A stretch of DNA of 64,000 nt from Squalus acanthias (taxonomy: Eukaryota), in contig CM059431.1 of the NCBI GenBank assembly GCA_030390025.1, positions 116,996,001-117,060,000 on the forward strand, written 5' to 3'. Made by a program: the position numbers and the translations under genes. How positions within the stretch are numbered: the first letter of the stretch is position 1; every line of letters begins with the position of its first letter. Shown here in pieces: positions 48,566 through 61,199 of this stretch. Under the pieces are notes generated by a model that saw nothing but the letters and a program-made list of their open reading frames with translations, did not search any database and had not been told where the DNA came from.

Positions 48566-51038
48566 GGTATCGGGTCTGTTGTGAAATCGCATACCCGACA
48601 CTCTTGAAACTGACACGGAGGCGTGATCGCAACGGGTTGACAACTCGCCATCAATCATTTTGAATTTAACAGCTGACCCGCCTCCGAACCCGCCCTCTGA
48701 GCGCCGGCAAAATCATGGCCTTTGTGTCTGTCTTCGCAGAAGCAGAGGCAAAAATCTTCCCAGAAATAGTGCAGAACCAAGGGTCTGGTGAGAATGAGGA
48801 ACTGAAAGAAATTATTATTAGTAAAAAAATAGTACTGGAGAAATTAATGGGACTGAAAGCAGATAAATCCCCTGGACTTGATGGCCTACATCCTAGGGTT
48901 TTGAAAGAGGTGGCTATAGAGATAGTGGATGCATTGGTTGTCATTTTCCATAATTCCATAGATTCTAAAATGGTTCCCGCGGATTGGAAGTCAGCAAATG
49001 CCACTCCACTATTAAAGAAAGGAGTGAGAGAGAAAACAGAGAACTACACACCAGTTAGCCTGACATCAGTAGTATGGAAAATGCTAGAATCTATTATAAA
49101 GGACGTGGTAACAGGGCACTTAGAAAATAATAATAGAATTGGGCAGAGTCAACATAGATTTATGAAAGGGAAATCATGTTTGACAGATCTGTTAGAGATT
49201 TTTGAGGTTGTAACTAGCAAAATAGATAAGGGGGAACCAGTGGATGTGGTGTATTTGGTTTTTCAGAAGGCATTCGATAAGGTGTCACACAAGAGGTTAT
49301 TAAACAAAATTAGGGCTCATGGGATTGGGGGTAATATACCAGCATGGATTGAGGATTGGTCAATGGACAGAAAACAGAGAGCAGGAATAAACGGGTCATT
49401 TTCGAGTTGGCAGGCTGTAACTAGTGAGGTACCGCAAGGATCAGTGCTTGGGCCTCAGCTATTCACAATCTATATCAATGATTTGGATGAGGGGACCAAA
49501 TGTAATATATTCAAGTTTGCTGATGATACAAAGCTGGGTGGGAATGTAAGTTGTGAGGAGGATACAAAGAGGCTTCAAGGACATATAGACAAGCTAAGTG
49601 AGTGGGCAAGAACATGATGTGGAATATAATGTGGAGAAGTGTGAAGTGGGATGGGGGGATTGTCCTATGAGGAGAAATTGAGTAGACTAGGCCTATATCC
49701 TTTAGATTTTAGAAGAATGAGAGATGATCTCATTGAAACATACAAAATTCTTACAGGGTTTGACAGGGTAGATGCAGGGAGGATGTTTCCCCTGTCCTGG
49801 CCATTTAGGACTAAGATGAGGAGAAATTTCTTCACTCAGAGGGTGGTGAATCTTTGGAATTCTCTACTCCAGTGGGCTGTGGAAGCTCAGTCATTGATTA
49901 TATTCAAGACATAGATCGATAGATTTTTGGATAGTAAGGGAATCAAGGGATATGGGGATAGTGCAGGAATGCGGAGTTGAGGTAGAAGATCAGCCATGAT
50001 CTTATTGAATGGCGGAGCAGGCTCGAGGGGCCAAATGGCCTACTCCTGCTCCTGTTTCTTTTGTTCTTATGTTCTATTTGTTCTTGTGGTTTATCGTAGC
50101 TGCTGAGCTACTTAATTATATTAGTATCTTGTAAGTGAGCGAGAGGTAGATTGAATTCTCTATATAACGTTACTGTTTTCATTTAACCATCCATGTCAGA
50201 TGAAAAGCAAGTTAATTGAGGGAAACAACATTTTCACATAATCTTAAAGTAATGGTGAGCCAGATAAAAGAAAATATTTAATTGAACCATCTTTTCAAGC
50301 TTAACCGTAAAGAACTCTCAGTGAAACCATGTGTCGTGGCTCATTATTCATTAATAGGTCCTTAAGCCGATAAGTGTGATCTTAATATTCAAAGGAATTT
50401 TGCAACTTATAACCTTCTATAAACCTTGAAATTGCACAGCAATGTCATACAAATTAAATTATTGGATGAGAAATTCTGCCTTTCACAGATAGTGGGTAGA
50501 TAAATGAAGTGATCTTCTACATAATTTAGTTTTTGGTAGGGTTATTAGTCACCATTTTCTATGAGTTACATACATTTCCAGTCAAATATCGGGCATTTTC
50601 TTTTTCGTGAATTAATCTGACATTGTTAAATGATACAGAAGATTCGGTAGCACTCTTTATTCCTCCATATATAATCTTGATGGGTGGCATTCAGTGTTAC
50701 ATAAATTTAAATTCTATGCGCTGCTAACGAGCTTCATGTGTATTTCTCCCAATTAATTAAACTATTTCTGATATGACTTACATTGTTCTCACTGCATAGC
50801 TCAAATCCCAGCTTTTCACTGTAAAGAAGCCATCATTCATGGTATGATCAATCAACCACTTGCTGTTAGCAATGCAGCAATTTCAATACTCCTCTCCATC
50901 CCAGTATTGAACTCTCTGTAGGTTTTAAGATATACAGATAGATTCCAATGTGTAACAGGAAATAATATATAAATTTCTGGTTGCCGTTCATCTCTATCAT
51001 CTTCCAGTTCTGGTGAAAGGTCATCTATCTGAAATGTT

Positions 51039-52265
51039 GGGCTGAATTTTAATGTGGAAGAGTGCGTGGATTTGGGTGCGGGGGGTTTAAAACCGTCGAA
51101 ACTGACTGCGCATTGGGAAGCCGGCTCCAACCCGTCGACTTCCGCTTTTGACTCCAGCGCGTTAGGCTGCCTGCGCGCAACCCCCTCGGGAGAGGCGGGT
51201 TGCCGATTAACATATGTTAATCGCTCAATTAGAGCAATATTAACACACTGTTTTCACTTTAACGTCGGGTCCACGGGTTTCCCAGGCTTCCTGAAACTCG
51301 CCCGTGAAGCCAAGGTGAGAACACCGGCAATTGTGGGGGCTGAAGCCATCTCAGTCAAAGGGGCAAATAAATAATCAGCTGCTTTCTTACCTGCTATTGG
51401 GAAAGGGTTTGTTCACAGTACTTTGTGCAATTTAGAGGTTGCCTTCTACACTTTGGAGGGTTGCTCTATCACATCAGGATGGGTGGCGCTTATGCGGCAT
51501 TAGATTGGATCTCAGATGAAGACCAGCAACAGCACCCATAGCCTGTTGTTCACAGACCTGCAGCTGCACAGCAGAGAGAGGACCAGCAGAGAGGGGACCA
51601 GCAGAGAGGTGCAGCTCACAGGAGGCACTATCCATGAAACAGGGTCTACAGGCAGAGGATCAGTCTCCTTGACATGTCTGAACACCAGTGTCTTAGGAGG
51701 CTCAGGATGTCCCATCTACAGCTGCTGGACGAGGTCCTGCTGCCAGCTGGGCCTGGTGACAACACGTTACCAGTGGCTATCGAAGCCACCACCACCCTCA
51801 ACGTTTTGCCTCCGGATCCTTCCAGGGCTCTGCCACAGACATAAGCAGGATCTCCCAGTCCGCTGCGCACAAATGCATAAGACAGGTGATTGATGGGTTG
51901 TTTGCCAGGGCCGGCAATTATGTCAACTTTGCCACCAATGATGCCAGTCAGAATGAGCAGGCGCTCGGCTTTGAGGCTGGCTTGCCACAGTGAGCCCCAG
52001 AACAACCAGGAATATTTGTCAACCGCAAGGCCTACCACTCCATTAATGGGCAGCTGGTGTACAACCACAAAAAGATCTTTATTCAGAAAGGCGTCACTGA
52101 AACGAGGCGTGGGCTTTGCATTCTGGCACTTCCTTCTCTTTGGTTCCCAGCTCCAAACTCCTTCAAATTGCATGTTTGGAGTGTCCCTTTAAATACTGCA
52201 GTTGAGATCGCGTCATGTGACTCCACATCATGCCCACCGCCGCTGATTGGACAGGGAACCCTGCC
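51039..52265. mobile_element. Internally deleted Harbinger element inserted in a Penelope-type hammerhead repeat
   Basis: Starts gggctgaatttt; nuclease 5' remnant on + and Myb start (PTPRFSDAFL) on -; GTT on both flanks. Confidence 0.65.
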
Positions 52266-52974
52266 GTTAACTCTGTTTCTCTCTCCACAGATGCTGCCTG
52301 ACCTGCTGAGTGTTTCCATCATTTCTGTTTTTATTTTATTAAAACCTACCTCATTGACCAAGCTTTTGGTCACCTCCCCTAATATCTCTTTATGTGGCTC
52401 GGTGTCAAATTTTGTCTGATAACTCTCCTGTGAAGCATCTTGGGACGTTTTTACTACATTAAAGGCGCTATACAAATGCAAGTTGTTATTTTATTGTAAA
52501 TTTCTAGCACTCATATTGACTGTAGAATCTGAACAAAGCACTCAAATCGGAGAATATCTGGCAAATTTCCTGAGTATGCCACAGAGGTGAGTAACTTTGC
52601 CTGCTGCCAGGGGTTATGGGAAAATCGTGGATGTGATGCTCTCCAATTTCCGACATGTCAAGCGATTTGTTGACAGCTGGTTATTGACTGACACACATTC
52701 TGAAAATTTAGGTTCAATTTTTAATTCATGATAGTTGTCGAATTAAAGAAAATATGCCCTTGAAATTATGCTGGGGGATAATAGTTTGAAATCTGAAATT
52801 CCTTTATGTGCCGGTTCAGTGGCAATTGGAGACACTAACCTTTTTACTTTAAACATTTCAACACGGTCACTAAAATCTTAGAGGAGCGCTTATCAACAAA
52901 ATACTTCATACCACATTATCCCATGGTGTCATTTCAAGGCCTATATTGTTTCTTAGAACAAATATTGGTTTCAG

Positions 52975-53073
52975 TTAAAACAGAAAATGCTGGAAATACT
53001 CAGCAGGTCAGGCAGCATCTGTGGAGAGAGGAACAGAGTTAACATTTCAGGCTGATGACCTTTCATCAGAACT
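52975..53073 (-). mobile_element. Second Penelope-type terminal repeat family with hammerhead-like core
   Basis: Minus strand reads AGTT-CTGATGA-aaggtcatcagcct-GAAATGTT-AACT..gatgctgcctgacctgctgag; other copies at 51006-51038+52269-52335 and 53078-53096+54825-54910. Confidence 0.6.
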
Positions 53074-53096
53074 CATCGTCATCGACCTGAAACGTT

Positions 53097-54821
53097 GGGC
53101 TGAATTTTACCGCCACTCAGAGAGCGGGTTTGGAGGCGGGTCTGCTGTCAAAATCACAAAGATTGACAGCGGGCCGGTATCCCACTGTAAACCCGCCTCC
53201 TTGTCAGTTTCCCAAGTGTCGGGTCTGTCATCCCTGAACACACCCGACAGCAAGCGGCGGGTCAGCCAATTTAGATAGTCAAAAGCTTATTAAAAGGTAG
53301 TTAAGATCCATTTTCCCATTTACTTACCATTTTAGCAAGTTTTCAACGAGGAGAGCGGCTATCACGTCAGGTAAATATGTCGGGTCCTCAATGATTGTGG
53401 ATTGCTGTGAATAGGTGACAACTGCAAAAGTGGTATAAAACCTACCATTTCACAGCTGTTCACTTCCCAATCTTAGAAGCTGGAGCATTAATGATTTGGA
53501 ACCAACTTTTGAGCTTTATGCACTTTTGAAGTGTTTGGAGTAATCTCTCTATCCACTGTTAGCTCCTTGGAACAACCTATCTCAACATTGACAGATTACT
53601 TCTGTCATCTCAACCTCACCTGCCATCTATTCCATCAGCATCAGTGCACTTAAAAAAATCTCACCTTGGTCCTCAGAATCCCAACATGATTAGCCCCAAC
53701 ACCAGCATCACCAGGCACACCAGCAGCACCAACATCCACACCAACCTTCTCCGCAATCACCTGATGCTGCACTGGACACAGGGCATCATCACCCATGCAC
53801 ATTGCTTCCCAGGACGCCAGCGATGGCCTCACCATGTCCAAATTTTCTTCACTTAGCACTGCCACATGATGCACCAGGTTGGCACCACCCCACCATAAAG
53901 CACCATAGAGCATCCCTGCAATGTCCAAGCCATTCCTTTCACACTCTTAACCATTGGGTGGTGGTGGTGGGGGTGGGGGAGACTGTTATGTCTCACCATT
54001 CACTGGAACTCACTAAAACACTTTCAAAAGTGCACACAAATCTGACCAAGAAGGCAAAGTGGTGACAATAATGATTTCAATGCTTGACAACACATTAACA
54101 GAAAGTTTACATGAACATTGGCTAAAACACCCAAGTGCCTACCCTTGTGTGTAGTTGGTATGATTGGACAAGGATGAGGGTGAGTGTGAGGGGTGGCTAG
54201 TGAGATGGGGAAGTGATAATATAGACAGAGAGGGATGGGTGGAGGTGCAAGGTAAGTTGGTGTGAGTAAGGATGTGCAGGTGTAGGGTAGGAAAGGCAGA
54301 GTGATGGGGATGTGATGAGTGGCACAGCAGGATGAGGTTGAGTATGGCTTTGCAGTAACATTTCGTGATCTACGGATATCATTGAAAGGTTTGCACCACT
54401 GCAGCCTGGTCCTCCTGACGACATCCCTGTTTGTGTCCTCCTGTGCAATGTGCAACCAGGCTGTGTTGGTCTCCTGGGGAGATGTCTTCCACCCATTGGA
54501 AGGGAAGAGAACCTCCCTGCGTGCTGTGACTCCTTCATAAGCCTATGGAGGGAGTCATGGGAGAGCCTGGGTGCAGACGTACACCTTTGTGCAGTGCTTG
54601 CCAGTGTTTGCAGCACCTCAATGCTGTAGAACACTGACAGCACAACTGTCAAAATCAATTTGGACATGGCCCCATCAAATGGCATCATCAGACCCGCTTC
54701 CTATTAATTGGCCGGGAACCTCGCAGGGCGGGATGAAGAAGCCCAATTAATGTAAAATCTTGTTGGAGGCCTCGATCAAGACAGATGCTGGGTCCCCACA
54801 CGTCACAGACGCCGTCAGCCC
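53097..54821. mobile_element. Non-autonomous Harbinger derivative (family C, copy 4)
   Basis: TIR gggctga / tcagccc; Myb exon 1 on - at ~54370-54600. Confidence 0.78.
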
Positions 54822-56584
54822 CTTAACTCTGTTTCTCTCTCCAAAGATGCTGCCTGACCTGCTGAGTATTTCCAGCATTTTCTGTTTTTATTTCAGATTT
54901 CCAGCATCATTTGCTTTGTATTAATTGCAGTTGACAATTATAGCACTGTTGACCAAAGGTTGAAGAAATGATTGAAATTTTGTTATGATGATGGTAATGT
55001 AAGATTGCGAACATTATTGATGCCTTAGTATAATTTCTGCCTTTGCGTAATAGCTTACTTTGTAGTAAAATATACCTCTACAATCAGCATCCTCAAGTGG
55101 TAAATGGGAAAGCTTTGCTCCTCTTTTATACAGATTGTGTTTTCGTGTAATATTCATGCAGGAACTTTATGGTGTTGAGAGTTTCTATTTTAATTCAGAC
55201 TGTCATTGCTCATTGAAGACTGCTTTTCACTGATGTAAGCTAACGGCCACAAAACAAAATTATTTTCATTCCATCTTATTTGTATTGACGCAAATATTAA
55301 AAAGGATTAAGCAGCTCTCCTTCATTATCAGTAAATGTTGCAATAGCACAGCAGAAGTAATTTACTGTATCCCACATGAAGTCTGAATGAATTTCAATTA
55401 TCTATATTTGAAATTCATGGGTTTCATGGGGAGTTATTAGAGCGTGATCTGAAAATTGTGGGTCCTCATGGGTTTTTTAGGGACTTTACAAATCGGGAAG
55501 CGCAGCAGTTTAATCATTATTGATCTAACAGCCATTCCCAACACCAAAATGTCCTGGTTCTTTCTCTATAAGATTCGACTCTCGCTACAAGGAGAGGTGT
55601 TTAATCAGAATAACAAATAATTTGTTAAACCCTGTGTGAATGGAAAAAAAAATGTCTGTGTTAAGTGAAAATGTGTACAGATTTATTTTATTCAATATAA
55701 ATGCAAATGAACCAGTCCTAATATTTGATGCAAATGTTCCCAATTATCTCCGGAGGATAGGTAGGCAGAGGTTGAAAACTAGAAGAGAAATCAGGGAATT
55801 CTAATTGAATGATAGTGTTGAAGGCATCAATGATTTTAGAACAATTACCTTTTTTAATACAGGATATAAAAATCTGAAGTTATTATATAGATCTATGTGA
55901 ACTAGCAGCAGGGTACTCCATCACAATAACAACTGATGTGAATGGATCTGCTGACATACCAAGCAATAATGATTTATTATCAGCAAAATTTCACCTGAAG
56001 TGTTTCATGAAATTGCTTGAATTTCATAAGTGCACTACTAATATTGTGATTTATGGAAGACTAAAATGTTTCCTCTGAACTGAAAGAATAAATACCAAAA
56101 TTATCCGAGTCAGCATGTGGGACTTCTATGCCGAGTGAGGCAAAATATTTTCTCAAATTGCAAGAATATTTTAACATTTACACAGCTGAGACGTAGATTA
56201 AGTTCCATGAAATTCAATTGTACATGACCTGGTGGCGGTTGTTGCATGACCGCAGCATTGCTAAAGCTACAACAGTATTTGGATCAAGTAAATGTGTTTT
56301 ATTTGTTCCAGCCTCTATAATTGAAGCGTTATTGCACGCCTCTAAATATAGACAAAAAGCAGATTCGCATTTTGATAATTAAAAAACCCCAGAAATATTA
56401 ATAAATATCCTCAAGAAATCAGATATCTATAGCAGTCAGGTTTCTACACTGCATGTTACTGTTAGTTGAAGGAACTATAGTGCAATACGTTTACCCCAAG
56501 AACTCAGATTCCAAATAAAAAGCGTACTTATTGATGATAAAAGATCATAGCTTATAATTATTACACAAGTGACTAATATAGACA

Positions 56585-56670
56585 CTTCACCTGACGAAGG
56601 AGCAGCGCTCCGAAAGCTTGTGATTTCAAATAAAGCTGTTGGACTATAACCTGGTGTTGTGCGACTTCTC
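56585..56670 (+). mobile_element. 86-bp Penelope-derived insert with complete minimal hammerhead motif
   Basis: TCAC-CTGACGA-aGGAGC agc GCTCC-GAAAGCTT-GTGA; 10-bp TSD aatatagaca (56575-56584/56671-56680). Confidence 0.8.
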
Positions 56671-57409
56671 AATATAGACAATGACATAAGAAATACCAGG
56701 CATCTGCTGGTTGCCTCAGTCACAATATATTAAGGCTGATCTGTTGCTGCACAGGCACTGTGTAGCCTAAACAACTCCATTCCCATCAGCTGCTCAGAAC
56801 CAACATTATTATCTTGCCATTTCTCCCTAAATTACTATAAGTTGTAATTGGGAATATACTCCTTGTGCCAAGAGATTGTTGCTCAGCAACAGACTAAATC
56901 ATATAGCTACAGGCCCAATTAAGATGACCAAAAGTTACAGAGCATATGTTGTGACTGAGAGAGCGTGTGACGACCAATCACAGTTCACCTGGCTGGCCTT
57001 AGACTTGGGAATTGCCGTTATTATTCTTGTTTCTGAATAGGCCAGACATCACCAATACAATCACATGGACAAGACTCTGATATCTGTCTCTCATACAGCC
57101 TATGGGTAAAGGCCTCTGTGAAAATAATATTGTTTCCCCTGTTGAGGTTTATAATGAATCAGAAATTTATCCTAGATTCAAACCTGGAATAAAATGTATA
57201 AATTGTTATCATTAATAGAGGCCTAACTATGAAGAAAGTGGAGGAGAAGGCCCAACTGCAGACAAGGCCAAATCAAGACACTGACAATGGCCGAGAGGAT
57301 ATTGCTGGTGAATCACTCTTGTGCAAAATTGCTTCACCAGCAATATCCTCTTGAAGAGTAGTATGCCAGGCTCTGACAGAGGAGACATTCATTTATGTGC
57401 TTCTTCGTA

Positions 57410-58030
57410 GCCAGAGAATCACTTGCAATGGCTTCTCTTCCTGCTCCCATACCATTACCTCTGGATAACCAAGGATCTATCCTTGGCCCCATCCTATTTC
57501 TCATCTACATACGGCCCCTCAGTGACATCATCTGAAAATATAATGTCAGGTTCCACATGTAAACTGATGACACCCAGATCGACCTTACCGATTGCTCTCT
57601 CGACCACTCCACTGCCTCTGATTTGTCACACTGCTTATCCAACGTCCATTATTGGATGAGCAGAAATTTCCTCCAATTAAATATTGGGAAAACCAAGCCA
57701 TTGTCTTTGGTCCCCAGCACAAACTTCATTCCCTAACCACTGACTCCATCCCTCTCCTTGGCCACTGTCTGAGGTTGAACCAGACCGGTTGCAACCTTGG
57801 TGTCTTATTTGATCGAGCTGAGCTTCCAACCCCATGCACATTCCATCACCAAGACCTACTTCCACCTCCGTAACATCACCGGTCTCCACCCCTACCTCAG
57901 TTCATCTGCTGCTGAATCCCTCATCCATGCCTTTGTTACCTCTAGACTTTGCTATTCCAATCCTCTCCTGGCCAGCTTCGCATCTTGCACCCATCGTAAA
58001 CTTGAGCTCATCCAAAACTCTGCATCTGTA
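57410..58030 (+). mobile_element. Degraded L2-clade LINE RT fragment
   Basis: QGSILGPILFLIY, DDTQ, NLGVLFD, LIHAFVTSRL..YSNPLL..LIQNSA. Confidence 0.75.
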
Positions 58031-58074
58031 TCTATTCCTGCTACTGGCACTTCTTCAGTATGTCCACTGATCTG

Positions 58075-58797
58075 TGTAGGAACAGACCTCTGGGCAGAAA
58101 GATCAGACCAGTGGACAGAATGAACAGACCTCTGGGTACCAATGAACAGACCTCGGGGCACCTATGAACAGACCTCTGGGCAGAATGAACAGACCTCTGG
58201 ACACCAATGGACAGACCTCTGGGCATCAATGAACAGACCTCTGGGCACCAATGAACAGACCTCTGGGCATCAATGAACAGACCTCTGGGCACCAATGAAC
58301 AGACCTCTGGACACCAATGAACAGACCTCTGGACAGAATGATCAGACCTCTGGGCACCTATGAACAGACCTCTGGACACCAATGAACAGACCTCTGGACA
58401 GAATGATCAGACCTCTGGGCACCTATGAACAGACCTCTGGGCAGAAAGATCAGACCTCTGGGCACCTATGAACAGACCTCTGGGCAGAATGAACAGACCT
58501 CTGGACACCAATGGACAGACCTCTGGGCATCAATGAACAGACCTCTGGGCACCAATGAACAGACCTCTGGGCATCAATGAACAGACCTCTGGGCACCAAT
58601 GAACAGACCTCTGGACACCAATGAACAGACCTCTGGGCACCTATGAACAGACCTCTGGGCAGAATGAACAGACCTCTGGACACCAATGGACAGACCTCTG
58701 GGCATCAATGAACAGACCTCTGGGCATCAATGAACAGACCTCTGTGCACCAATGAACAGACCTCTGGACACCAATGAACAGACCTCTGGGCATCAAT
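58075..58797. repeat. Minisatellite with 21-22-bp unit aatgaacagacctctgggcac(c)
   Basis: Tandem units seen directly, with recurring variant blocks. Confidence 0.95.
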
Positions 58798-60334
58798 GAT
58801 ATTTTGAAACCTTGAATTACAATTATTTCAATCAAATTTCCCAGCAATTTGATGTTGAAAAAGATAACTCTTCCATAACTGCAATTTTAGCATTCACAAT
58901 AGATGTTTCCACTGAAACTCTGAAATCGAGGGCTGTACTGCAAGTGCTCGTGGAGTTGCTACATACCCCACACTGGACAGCAGTGCCAATAAACCTTCTT
59001 GCAGGACTGCACAGATGCAAATAACAAACTTCTCCATAGTCATCACCACACTTTGTACTTTGTATATCCTCAAATTACCTAATGCAATCATGCTCAAATA
59101 ACAACCTTATTTTATAAGCAGTAGCCCATGATGTTTGAATCCCTGAGCTCTGCAGGTTAAGTCGATGGGCTGGACCTCCAGCCAGCAGGTTCCTGCTTCT
59201 CCACTGCCACCACGACTTACTCATCTTCTTTCATGTCTAGTGTTTCACCTGATGCTCCCTCCTGAAGCTCACTATCTAAATTCCCCTGGGTTGAATGTAA
59301 ATATGCTAGTATTTGCAACAAGTCAATTAATGACACAAGATACTATGAGGTGCTGGCTTCTTCTGGGGCAAAGGGGACTGAAGTTGGATCTTTTGGATGG
59401 CTAAAGAAAGAGAAGTGTGACATATATTAGAATGTTGGCTGAATAACACCCCTTAAATATTATTTGCATGGCAATATAGTGTGTGTCATATTGTTGTGCT
59501 TGAGTAAATCACTGTGTGAAAGTTAGTGAGTGAGTATGGAGAGAAGGAATATAGGAAAGGGTTGGTATTAGTCCTCAGCTTGGGGAGACATGGCTTCATC
59601 CTCTCATACTGCCTCTATTTTCTCATTGCCAAATATTTCAAGGGTGGACGCCTCAATTAAAACTGCATAGTCTTTCTCTTGTCCCTTCTATTTGTGTACC
59701 TTGTTCTCTGGGCTGAGAAGTAGTATTGAGATGTTGGAAGTTTCAGGAGAACATGCAATGGTACCCAAGTGCCCATCCAATTTGTGGGTGATTAAATGAA
59801 CATGCATCATGTACCTAAGCCCCAATTTTAACTCCGGCTGGGTTTTGGGTGGACGGGTGGCAAGGTAAGTTGGAAACCCATCCACTGCAGGCTATTTTAA
59901 CTCTAGAGCTTCATTTAGATGCCGCCAGTCAACTTCACAACAGAACAGGTGAGAGGCGTGGAAAAATCACGGGACCTGGAGGTCACATGCTGACACAAAG
60001 GTGAGTAGCGTGATTGGGTTCCAAGGGTGTCTTGTGGCAGTCTTGCATTTGTGAAGGGGGGGGGAAGTCCAGACTGGGAGAGGCCTAAGATTTTCTTGTG
60101 GGGCCCTGCTGTTCCTGGCCCTACAAAGGAAAGAAAAAACATACCTCCTTCTAGGGCTGAATGTCCTCCAACCTAGTTCAGCCTGGCAGAAAAGCAGCAG
60201 CGCGTTCTCTGCTCAGGCGTCAATTAAAATTGCAGTGGGGTCCTGATGGCGACATGCATATCAGCCTTGGGTGGGTGTCATTAACGGCTGCTCAGGAGAG
60301 CAGGGTAAAATCAGAGAGATTGAAGGAGAAAAGA

Positions 60335-60655
60335 AAGAAAGAACTTGCATTTATACAACACCTTTCATGACCTCAGGATGTCCCGAAGCGCTTTACAGCC
60401 AATGAAGTACGTACTTTTGAAATGTAGTCACTGTTGTAATGTAGAGAACATGGCAGCCAATTTGCGCACAGCAAACTCCCACAAACAGTAATGAATAAAT
60501 TAGCAGATAATCTATTTTTAGCGTTGTTGGTTGGGGGATAAATGTTGGTGAGGACACTGGGGAGAATTCCGCTATTTTTTTTGAATAGTGTCATGAGATC
60601 TTTTATGTCCAACTAAGAGGGCAGATGGTGCCTTGGTTTAACATCTTATCCAAAA
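60335..60655 (-). mobile_element. DeuSINE copy
   Basis: cttgcatttata..aagcgctttacagccaatgaagtac..ggcagccaatttgcgcacagcaaactccc. Confidence 0.78.
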
Positions 60656-61199
60656 ACAGGAGTATCTAGTCTAGATCGCAAGGTAACAGATGCCATAAGG
60701 TATTACTAAGTTCGGAGACATTAATTTTAAAGACAATAGAGGGCATAAATGTCAAGACAACAGGTCTTATTGGAATCTAAAGAACAAAGAATGTAACAAA
60801 CCTAACAGCGATAAAACTAGGTGTCGGTCATAATGATTGGACACAATGGAGAGAAGGACTTTATTAAAACATCGAGATTATTGTTGAAGGAGAAATGTCA
60901 GCGTAAAGGTCACCTTTTTCTTCAGCAGAGTCAGAAACTGTGCCAAAAGGATGGAAGAAGAGCAGCAAGGAGGATTCAGAATATCAAAAAAAAATTAACA
61001 TTGATTCTCACTACCAGGAGCCAGCTGATGTAATATATTGATTGAACTTTGAGGAAATGGAGAAAGCAGAAACTTATGATCCTGAGACTGGTTACATATC
61101 ATAGCTGTACTAATCCATAAAAAGTTTGCAATCCTAAAATTGCTTTTCTGGACTGTGACCTGGTTTATTCCTTATTTTGTAATGTAGCTGATTTTTTTT

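Larger units (their letters stand above)
43559..48720. mobile_element. Non-autonomous Harbinger derivative (family C, copy 3), hosting a solo LTR and a CR1
   Basis: Ends ggtcaggatttt / aaaatcatggcc; TSD TTT; the CR1 frame rejoins (KLNTFF-VSVF). Confidence 0.8.
41020..50075 (+). mobile_element. Near full-length CR1 LINE (ORF1 zinc finger/zipper plus SGNH esterase; ORF2 APE-RT), interrupted at 43558/48721
   Basis: ORF1 CCNC..CSKC, VGDS, HVGTNN, DGLHLN (41236-~42190). APE LYLNA..SI..K and MGDFN. RT at 48721-49617. Tail ttcttatgttcta. Many stops. Confidence 0.9.

Noticed and set aside
54920..57290. AT-rich non-repetitive stretch as possible host exons or conserved noncoding elements
   Set aside because: No supportable ORF or splice pattern; this cannot be judged without comparative alignment.
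58041..58847. Repeat-protein ORFs, or a CRISPR-like array
   Set aside because: Head-to-tail minisatellite with no unique spacers and no cas genes, in a eukaryotic context.
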